A stretch of 64,000 nt of DNA from Candidatus Gottesmanbacteria bacterium RIFCSPLOWO2_01_FULL_42_22 (GCA_001779315.1 MFJU01000006.1:2612-66611); one strand, 5' to 3'; shown: positions 52,825 to 62,573, counted from the stretch's first letter. Made by a program: numbers and translations. Notes: generated by a model not told the origin, from the sequence alone.

Positions 52825-55173
52825 ATGAAATTAACCGGCATTCGCGAACAGGTTTTTCTGGATAGATATTCTCTCAAAGATGAGAAAGGAAAGCCGGTCG
52901 AAAAAACACCCGAGGCTATGTGGAAAAGAGTGGCGGCAGGTGTAGCCGCGGTTGAAAAAAAGGCAGACAGAAAGTATTGGGAGAAAAAATTCAGCGAAGC
53001 CATGAATGACTTTAAACTGGTACCGGGAGGCCGCATTTTATCAGGAGCAGGCACCGGCTACAAGGTCACTTTTTACAACTGTTTTGTCATACCTTCGCCA
53101 AAAGATTCCCGTGACGGTATTTTGGATACATTGAAACAAATGGTGGAGATAATGGCACGGGGCGGCGGAGTCGGCATCAATCTCTCTTCTCTTAGGCCCA
53201 GGGGAGCCCGTGTCAGAAAAGTCAACGGATTTTCTTCCGGTCCCTGTAATTGGGCGGAACTGTTTTCGGTGGCTACCAAAGACATTATCCAGCAGGGCGG
53301 CACCCGCAGGGGAGCTTTAATGCTCATGTTGTGGGACTGGCATCCTGATATCGAGGAATTCATAACCGTCAAACGGGATCTTTCACGAATCAACGGAGCT
53401 AATCTGTCTGTTTGCGTTTCCGATAAATTTATGGAAGCGGTTAAAAAAGACGCTGACTGGGATCTGGTTTTTCCCGATATCGCAGACCGTGAATACGATA
53501 CGAAATGGGACGGCTATCTGGATAATTGGCTAAAGTTAGGTAAAAAAGTCAAAGTCCATAAAACCGTCAAGGCCAGAAAAATCTGGGACCTGATTTCTGA
53601 AGCAGCCTGGGCTTCGGCTGAACCGGGATTGGTTTTCATGGAACGCTATAACAAGTGGAACAACAACTGGTATTTCAACAACATAAATTGTGTAAATCCA
53701 TGCGGAGAGGAAGGATTACCGGCCTGGGGGGTCTGCAATCTGACATCGATCAATCTGTCGGCTTTAGTGCGGGACGGCAAGATCGATTATCAGGAATTAG
53801 CCGAAATTGCCCAGGTGGGCGTTAGATTCCAGGATGACATTATCGATGCGGATTCCTACGTTTTTCCCCAAATTGAAGAAACGCAAAAAAACGGTGAAAG
53901 GCGGATCGGATTGGGTACGATGGGGTTGGGTGATGCTCTCATCAAGATGAAAATCCGCTACGGATCCCCTCTGTCGATCAGGGTCATCGATAAGATTTAT
54001 TCGACCATCAGAAATGCTGCCTACGAAGCATCAACTGAGATAGCTAAAGAAAAAGGTGCTTTTCCCAAGTTTGAGGCCAAAAAATATTTAAAAGGCTATT
54101 TTATCAAACAATTGCCTGAAGCCATTAAGGCTAAGATTAAAAAATGGGGCATCCGTAACTCTGTTTTGTTACAGCAAGCCCCAACAGGCTCAACTTCCCT
54201 TCTGGCCGGTGTCACCTCAGGGATAGAACCCGTTTACGAGTTTTCCTTCATCAGGCGTGACCGCTTGGGTGAGCACCGCCTGTTTCACCCCCTTTTTGAT
54301 CAATGGAAAAAGGAACATCCCAATGATCCCATCCCTGATTATTTCGTCTCGGCCAATGATCTGATTCCGGACGATCACGTCAAGGTGCAGGCAGCCATCC
54401 AAAAATACGTTGATGCTTCCATTTCCAAAACGGTCAATGCACCCAATAGCCACACAGTTGAAGATGTCCGGAAATTGTACCGGATGGCTTATGAATTAGG
54501 CTGCAAGGGCATAACTTACATGAGGGATGGCAGCCGCCCCGGAGTGTTGGAAAGAGTTACGGATAAAAAAGCGGAAACCTCTGTCACTGCCCCCGACAGC
54601 AATTCTATAATCGGGAACGGCAAACATACGCCGGAAATTACCCCCAGGCCGATGGTGGTCAAAGGAGCTACCTACCAGATTGATACACCGGTCGGGGCTG
54701 CTTTTGTGACCATTAATACCGATATGGCTAATGAACCATTGGAGATATTTATCAATGTCGGTAAAGCCGGTTCAGATGTGACGGCTATGGCTGAAGCTGT
54801 CGGCCGCTTGGCTTCGCTCACATTAAGAATACAGTCAAGTGTACCTGCCTCGGAAAGAGCCAAACAAATATTTAACCAGCTGATCGGTATCGGGGGTTCG
54901 AAATCATTGGGATTTGGGGATAAAAGGGTCAGATCTTTGCCGGATGCGGTGGCCAAAATTCTGGCCATGCATTTTGATTATAAAATTAAAAACGGCAACG
55001 GCCTAACTCATAAAGAAGTAATTGCAGAACAGCAGCCTTTGGCGGTATTAACACAGCAAGCTTTGCCTGTCGAAAAATCAGAATTTGATTTATGTCCTTC
55101 CTGCGGAGAAGCTGCTCTGGCCTATGAAGAAGGCTGTAAAAAATGCTACAGCTGTGGCTATTCCGAATGTTGA
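52825..55173 (+). CDS. nrdJ: Class II (adenosylcobalamin-dependent) ribonucleotide reductase with fused TSCPD/Zn-ribbon C-terminus
   Basis: NCFV, RRGALM, NPCGEE, CNLTSINL, APTGS, SISKTVN, RDGSR, CPSCG..EEGCKKCYSCGYSEC. Confidence 0.93.
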   Translation: MKLTGIREQVFLDRYSLKDEKGKPVEKTPEAMWKRVAAGVAAVEKKADRKYWEKKFSEAMNDFKLVPGGRILSGAGTGYKVTFYNCFVIPSPKDSRDGILDTLKQMVEIMARGGGVGINLSSLRPRGARVRKVNGFSSGPCNWAELFSVATKDIIQQGGTRRGALMLMLWDWHPDIEEFITVKRDLSRINGANLSVCVSDKFMEAVKKDADWDLVFPDIADREYDTKWDGYLDNWLKLGKKVKVHKTVKARKIWDLISEAAWASAEPGLVFMERYNKWNNNWYFNNINCVNPCGEEGLPAWGVCNLTSINLSALVRDGKIDYQELAEIAQVGVRFQDDIIDADSYVFPQIEETQKNGERRIGLGTMGLGDALIKMKIRYGSPLSIRVIDKIYSTIRNAAYEASTEIAKEKGAFPKFEAKKYLKGYFIKQLPEAIKAKIKKWGIRNSVLLQQAPTGSTSLLAGVTSGIEPVYEFSFIRRDRLGEHRLFHPLFDQWKKEHPNDPIPDYFVSANDLIPDDHVKVQAAIQKYVDASISKTVNAPNSHTVEDVRKLYRMAYELGCKGITYMRDGSRPGVLERVTDKKAETSVTAPDSNSIIGNGKHTPEITPRPMVVKGATYQIDTPVGAAFVTINTDMANEPLEIFINVGKAGSDVTAMAEAVGRLASLTLRIQSSVPASERAKQIFNQLIGIGGSKSLGFGDKRVRSLPDAVAKILAMHFDYKIKNGNGLTHKEVIAEQQPLAVLTQQALPVEKSEFDLCPSCGEAALAYEEGCKKCYSCGYSEC

Positions 55174-55177
55174 TAAC

Positions 55178-55717
55178 ATGCCTTCAAAAGTCAAAGTCTA
55201 CACCAGAACAGGTGATGCCGGTAAAACATCTCTATACGGCGGAAAAAGAGTCCCTAAAAGCTATTTGAGAGTGGAGGTATACGGAACTATCGATGAACTT
55301 AATTCCGTCATCGGCATTTTATTGTCGGATATGGGCAAAGAAGATAATCTGGCTAATTTTTTTAAGGAAGTCCAATCGGATCTGTTTTCTATAGGAGCCA
55401 ATTTAGCCGGAGATAAAACCGATTTAAATTTATTAACCGGTAGAACTGCCGAAATGGAGAAATTAATTGACGTGATGGATAAAGAGTTGCCTGAACTTAA
55501 AAATTTTATTCTGCCCGGAGGGACACATTTGGCCTCTTTGGCTCATCTGGCCCGTTCCGTCTGCCGCCGGGCTGAAAGAAAAGTCGTTTCATTAACTAAA
55601 ACGGACAGCCGCCTGTTTGCCTACCTGAACAGATTGTCCGATCTTCTTTTTATAACTGCACGCTATTTAAATTGGAAAAATGGTCTGAAAGATACGCTTT
55701 GGCTTAAAAAAAAGTAA
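55178..55717 (+). CDS. pduO: ATP:cob(I)alamin adenosyltransferase, PduO type
   Basis: KVYTRTGDAGKT, YGTIDELNS, FILPGG, RSVCRRAER, YLNRLSDLLF; start ATG 55178. Confidence 0.93.
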   Translation: MPSKVKVYTRTGDAGKTSLYGGKRVPKSYLRVEVYGTIDELNSVIGILLSDMGKEDNLANFFKEVQSDLFSIGANLAGDKTDLNLLTGRTAEMEKLIDVMDKELPELKNFILPGGTHLASLAHLARSVCRRAERKVVSLTKTDSRLFAYLNRLSDLLFITARYLNWKNGLKDTLWLKKK

Positions 55718-55720
55718 TAA

Positions 55721-55830
55721 CTTGGGAATTTAAGAGGAATTCCGTGTAATTCGGAAACTGTGCCGCAACGGTAAAGTCCGGAACTCTTTTCCAAAGATCA
55801 TCATCCCGAGCAGGAGAATACGGTCAAATT
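55721..55830 (+). ncRNA. Cobalamin riboswitch (compact, class II-like)
   Basis: TAAGAGGAA-TTCCG(TGTAATT)CGGAA-ACTGTGCCGCAACGGTAA-AGTCCGGA follows the B12-element core; closing CTTGGGAA/TTCCAAAG stem; flanked by B12-related genes. Confidence 0.8.
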
Positions 55831-55844
55831 TAGGGGTTAGTATT

Positions 55845-55873
55845 CCTCTCGGGTTTAACGGGAGGATTTTTTT
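55845..55873 (+). terminator. Riboswitch expression-platform hairpin / intrinsic terminator
   Basis: CCTCTCG-ggtttaa-CGGGAGG followed by ATTTTTTT; the 3' arm contains GGAGG. Confidence 0.7.
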
Positions 55874-55940
55874 ATGAAAGAGTTGCCAAATGTATTTGGC
55901 TTACTCTTTCAAATAGTGAGGAGCGAAGCGACGTACTATT

Positions 55941-58574
55941 ATGGTTGAGCTGGCCATGTCGGTCATGACGGCGCCCGGAATTGCGGGCAGTCCTAATAGT
56001 GTGCCCGACTGTAATTCATATAGCTGTTCCTTAGCCATTAACGCAATTATGGGCATGGAAACAGGACAAGCGGTCAAAGCAGTTAAATCTGATGTTGTTT
56101 CGCAACTCATCGAACATGAATTAAACCGGCCGATAAGCATCGTCGATTTTGGAATCAAAAAAAAAGCCATTACATTCCCTAACGGTCAGGTAATAGAAAA
56201 AGACACACTTTATAATGAAGAATTCGGCAAAACCATACAGGGCGTAACTAATCCGCTAGAAGGGGCAGGTCAAGTCTGGTATAAGACTGACCGTCTTTCC
56301 GACAAAATTGTGGCTGCTGCCGATAATACCTGGCATATTACCGTCAGCCAAGGCAATAGTGAAACTCACCGTTTGGCTGTCTTTCATAAAAAAGAAGATC
56401 AGATCAGGGAATATTTCATTTCAATAGAGGCTTCAGCGGAAACTGTTTTCAGGATAGCCTCGCTATTTCCACCGGAAAGGCAGATAGAGGAATCATCGGA
56501 TACTTTTTTGCCGAATCTATTCAATGGAATCGAAGCCTCATATTCAGGCTGGGAAAAGTCGGAGAGGCGGGAGTTTTTAAAGGACCTGAAAGAAGAATTT
56601 AATTTGGGTGATCAGAAACTTGAAGAAAGAAAAGAGAAAATTAGCCAATTAATCAACAGATTTGTCAGGGAAACATTATCGTCCAACGAAACGGTTGAGG
56701 CAATCGGAGTGATCGGGCAGGCTATAGCGCAATTGGCCGGAGAAGCGAAGTCAATACTCAGACAAATCCCCTACGCTTCTTTACCCCCCCTTACCCGGTT
56801 ACCGCTCGACACCAAACAGACCGAACAATCAGCAGAAAGAAGGTTGGTGCGGGAAAAGGAAAATCCGGGCTTAACCGGCATTATTCTGAATGAGGCCCCG
56901 ATAGTTAAACCGATTTTCCAGAAAATAGCTGCTTTTGAAAATGATGAAATACCCAAGACAGAACCAGTTATAAGTAAAATTGAATTGATGACAGTTAATG
57001 AAGAAACTTCCGAAGGAGAGGAATATTCAGCTGAGGATTCATTTATTGCCGTTATGATTTTGCAGCATATAATGTCGGCGTCTGTTGCTGAAAGTCAAAC
57101 AGAAATTTCAAATGCAGAAATAAGCGATCACTTTGAAGTAATCATTCCTCTCATTCCATCCCTGATCGGTCTGTTGGAAGAAGTGGAAAAAATATCTGAT
57201 GTAAATATTAATACAGATGTAACCGCGGAAAAATCAATAATTGAGTTTCCGGAAAAATCTATAGCCGTATCAGAAGAATCATTACTCGCTGGTTTAATAC
57301 TTCAGCTATTTACTACAGAAGATAATTTTGAACCTGTAACTTCTGAGGATAATAAACAATTATATTTATCTGCTAAACCGGAGAACTGGGAAGCTATGCT
57401 TGATCCGGAAGACACACTAACTGAAAAAAAGTTGGAAATTGTCTCTTTACCCGATGAATTTACGGATAATGCTTATATGGTTAGCCCGGAAGTAGAAGGA
57501 GATTATCTTTCAGATGGTGAAATTTCAGAAATGTCTGTTGATAACATTGAGGTGCCCTTAATTGCCGTTTGGATAATTCATCAGATCGTCTCTATTCCTG
57601 AAGCTGGTTTAAAAGGTAATGCTGCTGAATTATCCGACATTCCACAAGACATCGACTCTAATGGGAATCATCCGGATGATGTCAAGCAGGAAATTGTTTT
57701 ACCTTTAATTCATTCTCTGACAGGCCTGCTGGAAATAACCCATTCAATTCCTGATGCCGTAAATCAGGTATTGGAAGAAATATCTAAAAGGTTCTCAGTC
57801 GGCGAAGTGCTTTTTGCAACCACCGAAGAGCAGGATTTTGTCGAACAAGTTGCCGTTCCCGCAGCAATTATCTTTTTAGGAATAATAGAGAAATTTGTTG
57901 AAATAAATAATGGAAAAACCGTCCAAAATTCAGATTTAGAAACAGTAGAAAAGATCGAAAATCAAAAAGAAAAAATATCAGCTCAATCTGAAAAATTAAT
58001 TGAGGAATTAATATTATTTACAGTGATGAAGCAATTTTTAACTTTTGAAAGTCAGGACTATATGAATTTAAATAAGGAGCATAAAATTAATGAATCCGGT
58101 GAAGAAAAAGTAACTAAAAAAAAAGAAACTGTTTCGAAAGAGATTTCTTTGATTGTGCCTGCTCTGGTTTCTTTTCTGGATAAAATTACCAGTAAAAAAT
58201 TTGAGAATGAATCAGTTGAAGAAATGTCTATTGAGCAGGAAATTGCAGATATTACTGAGAAGAAAGTTAATGATAAATTATTACTGGGAATAATCCGATT
58301 AATTTCAATGGTACTCAGGATTGAAAAAAGAATTGAAATAGTTAAACCTTTCGCACAGCTGATTCAGGAAAAATTACCCAAAGAAATAGAATCACTTCAA
58401 CGCTTAATATTTTTAAAATTAGCCTTAAATTTATTAATTTTAGAGAGGAAAGATCTGCTTACCAGGCAGCAAGGGCATGGTAATGGTAAGCAGAAAAAAA
58501 AGCAGGTTAAATTACCACTGTATGCCTTGATATTTAGTTTTGAGACCCATCTTGAACCTTTGCCAGTTGTGTGA
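55941..58574 (+). CDS. Hypothetical acidic 877-aa protein with internal imperfect repeats
   Basis: Long ORF, E/I/S-rich, repeated amphipathic segments; no known family recognised. Confidence 0.7.
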   Translation: MVELAMSVMTAPGIAGSPNSVPDCNSYSCSLAINAIMGMETGQAVKAVKSDVVSQLIEHELNRPISIVDFGIKKKAITFPNGQVIEKDTLYNEEFGKTIQGVTNPLEGAGQVWYKTDRLSDKIVAAADNTWHITVSQGNSETHRLAVFHKKEDQIREYFISIEASAETVFRIASLFPPERQIEESSDTFLPNLFNGIEASYSGWEKSERREFLKDLKEEFNLGDQKLEERKEKISQLINRFVRETLSSNETVEAIGVIGQAIAQLAGEAKSILRQIPYASLPPLTRLPLDTKQTEQSAERRLVREKENPGLTGIILNEAPIVKPIFQKIAAFENDEIPKTEPVISKIELMTVNEETSEGEEYSAEDSFIAVMILQHIMSASVAESQTEISNAEISDHFEVIIPLIPSLIGLLEEVEKISDVNINTDVTAEKSIIEFPEKSIAVSEESLLAGLILQLFTTEDNFEPVTSEDNKQLYLSAKPENWEAMLDPEDTLTEKKLEIVSLPDEFTDNAYMVSPEVEGDYLSDGEISEMSVDNIEVPLIAVWIIHQIVSIPEAGLKGNAAELSDIPQDIDSNGNHPDDVKQEIVLPLIHSLTGLLEITHSIPDAVNQVLEEISKRFSVGEVLFATTEEQDFVEQVAVPAAIIFLGIIEKFVEINNGKTVQNSDLETVEKIENQKEKISAQSEKLIEELILFTVMKQFLTFESQDYMNLNKEHKINESGEEKVTKKKETVSKEISLIVPALVSFLDKITSKKFENESVEEMSIEQEIADITEKKVNDKLLLGIIRLISMVLRIEKRIEIVKPFAQLIQEKLPKEIESLQRLIFLKLALNLLILERKDLLTRQQGHGNGKQKKKQVKLPLYALIFSFETHLEPLPVV

Positions 58575-58600
58575 CAGAATAAGATAAAGGAGGCTTAAAT

Positions 58601-59071
58601 ATGCCAGTTTCAAAACGAAAAAACAACCGGAATCTTATTATTCTGGTAATACTTTTACTCTTAGGCTCGGTTTTTTTCGGACAGACTGTTTTTCTGAAAG
58701 AAGATAAAAAAACAGAGGAAAAAGAGACGATTAGCCGCAGCGAAAATACAGTCGATGAACTGATTCAGGAGAGAGAAGCGACAGGAAATAAAATAACGGT
58801 AAATTTCGGCGCAGGCAAAACTTTTGTTAAAGATTTGCAGGCAGCCACACCCTACGAAGCTTTGAAAACTATGGCATCCCAAGAGGGATGGGAAATAAAG
58901 ACAAAGGAATACAAATACGGCTTAATGGTTGAAGGGGTAGGCAATTTGATTAATTCAGATAAGGGTTACTGGACGTATAAAACAAACGGCCAACCTGGTA
59001 AAATAGCTTCTGACAGATATACTCTTAAAAAAGGTGAAACCGTTGAATGGGAGTATGTCCAAGTCGATTAA
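58601..59071 (+). CDS. DUF4430 (transcobalamin C-terminal-like) membrane-anchored protein, probable cobalamin binder
   Basis: N-terminal TM; TPYEAL, YGLMVEGVG, YWTYKTNG..ASDRYTLKKGETVEWEY; SD AAGGAGG. Confidence 0.8.
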   Translation: MPVSKRKNNRNLIILVILLLLGSVFFGQTVFLKEDKKTEEKETISRSENTVDELIQEREATGNKITVNFGAGKTFVKDLQAATPYEALKTMASQEGWEIKTKEYKYGLMVEGVGNLINSDKGYWTYKTNGQPGKIASDRYTLKKGETVEWEYVQVD

Positions 59072-59076
59072 AAAAA

Positions 59077-59619
59077 ATGTATTCAAAAATTTCCGCGGCC
59101 TTTGGGCTTGTGGCTGCCGGTATTCTTTTCAGAACTGTTTTCCATATCGGCGATAATATTGAAACAATTACCTCCGGCACTTTAGTAGCCGCCGCATATC
59201 TCGGACCGTTTTGGGCGCTGGCTGTTCCTTTGACTTCAATGGCTGTTTCCGACCTGATTTTGGGTAACAGCCTGATTTTTATATTTACCTGGACTGCTTA
59301 TATGATTATTGGTGCAACTGCCTTTCTTTTTTTCAGGAAAAAGAAAAAAGACCGCTTGATTATTCCTTCTATACTGGCAGCCGGAGGAGCTTCCATATTT
59401 TTCTATCTGTGGACAAATTTCGGAGTCTGGTTTTTAGACTTTTACGGCATGTATCCTAAAACTTTGCCTGGATTGGCCGAAGCCTATATCCTGGGCTTGC
59501 CGTTTCTGAAAATGAATCTGTTAGGAAATCTTATTTTTGTGCCTTTGTTTTTCTTTATTGCGCAGATTGTGAGAGCAGAAGCAAAAGAAGAAAATAAAAA
59601 TAAAATTTTTTCCGGGTAA
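59077..59619 (+). CDS. DUF6580 / ECF S-component-like membrane protein, probable cobalamin transporter
   Basis: About 5-6 TMs; SDLILG, FFYLWTNFGVW, MYPKTLPGLAEAYILGLPF; B12 context. Confidence 0.7.
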   Translation: MYSKISAAFGLVAAGILFRTVFHIGDNIETITSGTLVAAAYLGPFWALAVPLTSMAVSDLILGNSLIFIFTWTAYMIIGATAFLFFRKKKKDRLIIPSILAAGGASIFFYLWTNFGVWFLDFYGMYPKTLPGLAEAYILGLPFLKMNLLGNLIFVPLFFFIAQIVRAEAKEENKNKIFSG

Positions 59620-59626
59620 GCCAATC

Positions 59627-60085
59627 ATGCCTGCCGTAAATAACCAGCATCATAATGGCCAGACTTCCTCAACCGGGAATAAGCCAAAAAAAACTCCACC
59701 GGCGGTAAGTATTACTGCCATAGGAGGTAAAGAAGCTGAAAAAGTCACTCAGGAAGCGAGTCTAAAAATAGAGGAAATTTCCTCGGAGACAGTTTTGGCT
59801 CCTGAAGTGGAAACGGCCGGTGTTACTAAAATCGGGGATACGATCGAATTTCCGCCTGATATTACTGATTTAACCGGCGGTCAAAGTGTAAGTACTTTAC
59901 CTTCACAGACGTCATCCCAAACAGCCGTACCTATGCCCATTAGTGACGACTTGATATATTCCGGAAGTCAGAAATCAATTACCAATACCATCAAATGGCT
60001 GGCAGAGTGGTGCATCAGAAAACTTAAAATGGCCCATCTGGTCCTGAAAAATATTCACGGCAAAATTATCCGGGTCAAAATATAA
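59627..60085 (+). CDS. Hypothetical protein
   Basis: Disordered N-terminus; C-terminal WLAEWCIRKLKMAH..IHGKIIRVK; directly upstream of the VirD4-like ATPase. Confidence 0.7.
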   Translation: MPAVNNQHHNGQTSSTGNKPKKTPPAVSITAIGGKEAEKVTQEASLKIEEISSETVLAPEVETAGVTKIGDTIEFPPDITDLTGGQSVSTLPSQTSSQTAVPMPISDDLIYSGSQKSITNTIKWLAEWCIRKLKMAHLVLKNIHGKIIRVKI

Positions 60086-60100
60086 GGAATTAATTTCTAT

Positions 60101-62449
60101 ATGGATATGTATGAGCCAACATTATTATACGATTCTCTCCTGAATCTTGGTTTCACTTTTACTATTCTGATTTTAGTATTATTCGGGCTCGCTCTTTTTA
60201 CCTATTTCATTTTTCTATGGTGGAAGTACCGAAACCGCGAGAAACAGAGTTTGGAATTTGTGCTTTTGCAGATATGCGTACCAAAGGATAATGAGGTAAA
60301 AATTGATGCTGCAGAACAATTTTATTCCTCACTTTCCTCCCTGTCCCACGGCGGCTTTCTCTCTTTCATGAAAGATAAGGACCATATTTCTTTTGAAATC
60401 GTCGGCCGTCCCGGAGATATCCGCTTTTATGTCTCCGTCCATCACCATTTGCGGGATCTTATCGAAAAACAGATTTACGGTATGTACCCGGGAGCGGAGA
60501 TTAAAGAAGTGGATGAATATAATATTTTTGATGAAAAGGGCAAAGTGGCTTTTGCTTCATTTATTTTAAAAGGCTCGGATTATTTGCCGATGAAGACATT
60601 TAAAGATCTGCCGGTTGATCCGATGTCAGCCATCACCTCAAATTTAGGCAAAATGCAGGCCGGTGAGGGAGCGGCAATTCAAATTTTGGTGACTCCTGCC
60701 GCAGGCAAGTGGAAGAGTTCCGGAAAAAGTTATCTTTCAGGAGTGAAAAAAAACGAGGCTAACCCGGAAAAAGCGCATTATAACGTCGACCATAAAATCC
60801 TGGAAACCATAGAAAACAAATTAGCCAAACCGGGTTTCTTAACGACGATCAGAGTAGTTGTTTCCTCAACCACGTTGGAATCCGCCAAGATGCATCTTCA
60901 TAATATCGAATCGGTTTTTGCTCAATTTTCCTCAGACCAAAACCATTTAGGGGGAGCCAAACTCATGTTCAAAAGTTCATTCGTCATCGATTTCATTTAC
61001 CGTTATTTTCCCATCCTTAATTGGCCTTATAAACAGTACAGTGTTTTAACCAGCGAGGAATTGGCGACCCTTTTCCATTTTCCCAATAAAAGTGTGGAAA
61101 CCCCCCACATTCAATGGGTAACTTCCAAAAGGGCACCGGCACCGCCGGAAATTCCCACCTCCGGGCTTTATCTGGGTAAAAGCACTTACCGGGGCATTTC
61201 CAGACCGATCCATATGGATTTGGATGACAGACGCCGCCATGTATATATTATCGGTAAAACGGGGGTAGGCAAATCGGTCCTTTTGAAAGACATGATCCTT
61301 CAGGATATTAAAGAGGGCAAAGGTGTAGCGGCTATCGATCCCCACGGGGATTTAGTTGAGGGAATTTTACCGATGATACCGCCTGAAAGGGCTGAAGATG
61401 TTATCTATTTTGACCCTTCAGATACCGACAGGCCGATGGGGTTGAATATGCTTGAAGCCAAGACTGAAGAGCAAAAACACTATATCGTCTCATCAATCAT
61501 CGGCTTGATGTATAAACTTTACGACCCCCAGAAAACCGGTATTATCGGACCCAGATTTGAACATGCCATCAGAAATGCCATGCTGACAATTATGGTTGAA
61601 CCGGGCGCTTCTTTCGTCGAGGTGGTCAGAGTTTTAACCGATTCAGCTTACGTACAGGAACTGCTGCCGAAAGTCCAGGATCCGATTGTCAGAAGGTATT
61701 GGACAGACCAGATCGCCCAGACATCCGATTTCCATAAATCTGAAGTATTGGATTATATCGTTTCCAAATTCGGCCGTTTCGTCACCAACAAACTGATGCG
61801 TAATATCATCGGACAAAGTAAAAGCGCCTTTGATTTCCGCAAAGTTATGGATGAAGGTAAGATTCTTCTGGTTAATCTGGCCAAAGGAAAATTAGGCGAG
61901 GAGAATTCATCCTTTTTGGGATTGATAATGGTGCCGAAGATATTGGTTGCGGCCATGAGCCGGGTGGATACACCGGAAGAGCAGCGCCGGGATTTTTTCC
62001 TTTATGTTGACGAATTTCAGAATTTCGCCACACCCGATTTCGCCCAGATTCTGTCCGAAGCCAGGAAATTCCGCCTTAATCTTTGCGTGGCCAACCAGTT
62101 TATCGGCCAGATGGAAGAAGAAGTAAAGAATGCTGTTTTCGGCAATGTCGGCACACTGGTGACCTTCCGGGTGGGAGTGACTGATGCCAATTATCTCCAG
62201 CATTGGTTTACACCTGTTTTCAATGAGAACGACCTGATCAACGTCGACGTCTATAATGCCTATATCAATACCATTATCAGCAATAAACCGGTACCGCCTT
62301 TCTCGGTTGATTTGCGCAAAGATATGGCTGAGTTTAAAAAGCTGGAAAACAAGCAGGTAGCCAAAGCCATTCTGCAACTTTCGCGTCTCAAATACGGCCG
62401 ACCCCGGGAACTGGTCGAAGCCGAAATCTCCCAACGGGCTAAACTCTAA
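60101..62449 (+). CDS. VirD4/TraG-like coupling ATPase with N-terminal TM
   Basis: HVYIIGKTGVGKS, IDPHGDL, LYVDEFQNF, SEARKF, ANQFIGQ, VFGNVGT. Confidence 0.85.
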   Translation: MDMYEPTLLYDSLLNLGFTFTILILVLFGLALFTYFIFLWWKYRNREKQSLEFVLLQICVPKDNEVKIDAAEQFYSSLSSLSHGGFLSFMKDKDHISFEIVGRPGDIRFYVSVHHHLRDLIEKQIYGMYPGAEIKEVDEYNIFDEKGKVAFASFILKGSDYLPMKTFKDLPVDPMSAITSNLGKMQAGEGAAIQILVTPAAGKWKSSGKSYLSGVKKNEANPEKAHYNVDHKILETIENKLAKPGFLTTIRVVVSSTTLESAKMHLHNIESVFAQFSSDQNHLGGAKLMFKSSFVIDFIYRYFPILNWPYKQYSVLTSEELATLFHFPNKSVETPHIQWVTSKRAPAPPEIPTSGLYLGKSTYRGISRPIHMDLDDRRRHVYIIGKTGVGKSVLLKDMILQDIKEGKGVAAIDPHGDLVEGILPMIPPERAEDVIYFDPSDTDRPMGLNMLEAKTEEQKHYIVSSIIGLMYKLYDPQKTGIIGPRFEHAIRNAMLTIMVEPGASFVEVVRVLTDSAYVQELLPKVQDPIVRRYWTDQIAQTSDFHKSEVLDYIVSKFGRFVTNKLMRNIIGQSKSAFDFRKVMDEGKILLVNLAKGKLGEENSSFLGLIMVPKILVAAMSRVDTPEEQRRDFFLYVDEFQNFATPDFAQILSEARKFRLNLCVANQFIGQMEEEVKNAVFGNVGTLVTFRVGVTDANYLQHWFTPVFNENDLINVDVYNAYINTIISNKPVPPFSVDLRKDMAEFKKLENKQVAKAILQLSRLKYGRPRELVEAEISQRAKL

Positions 62450-62499
62450 TCATCTTCTCTTTTATAATTAAATCAGCCTTGATATAATTGCACGTTGAG

Positions 62500-62572
62500 G
62501 GGCCAGTAGCTCAGTGGTTAGAGCACTACTCTTATAAAGTAGGAGTCGATGGTTCGATCCCATCCTGGCCCA
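62500..62572 (+). tRNA. tRNA-Ile (anticodon UAU)
   Basis: Cloverleaf: acceptor GGGCCAG/CTGGCCC, D arm GCTC/GAGC, anticodon stem CTACT/AGTAG with loop CT-TAT-AA (62533-62535), T arm GATGG-TTCGATC-CCATC, discriminator A. Confidence 0.93.
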
Positions 62573-62573
62573 C

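Noticed and set aside
55085-55177. N-terminal extension of PduO in the ORF track
   Set aside because: Overlaps the nrdJ 3' end; the family motif begins right after ATG 55178.
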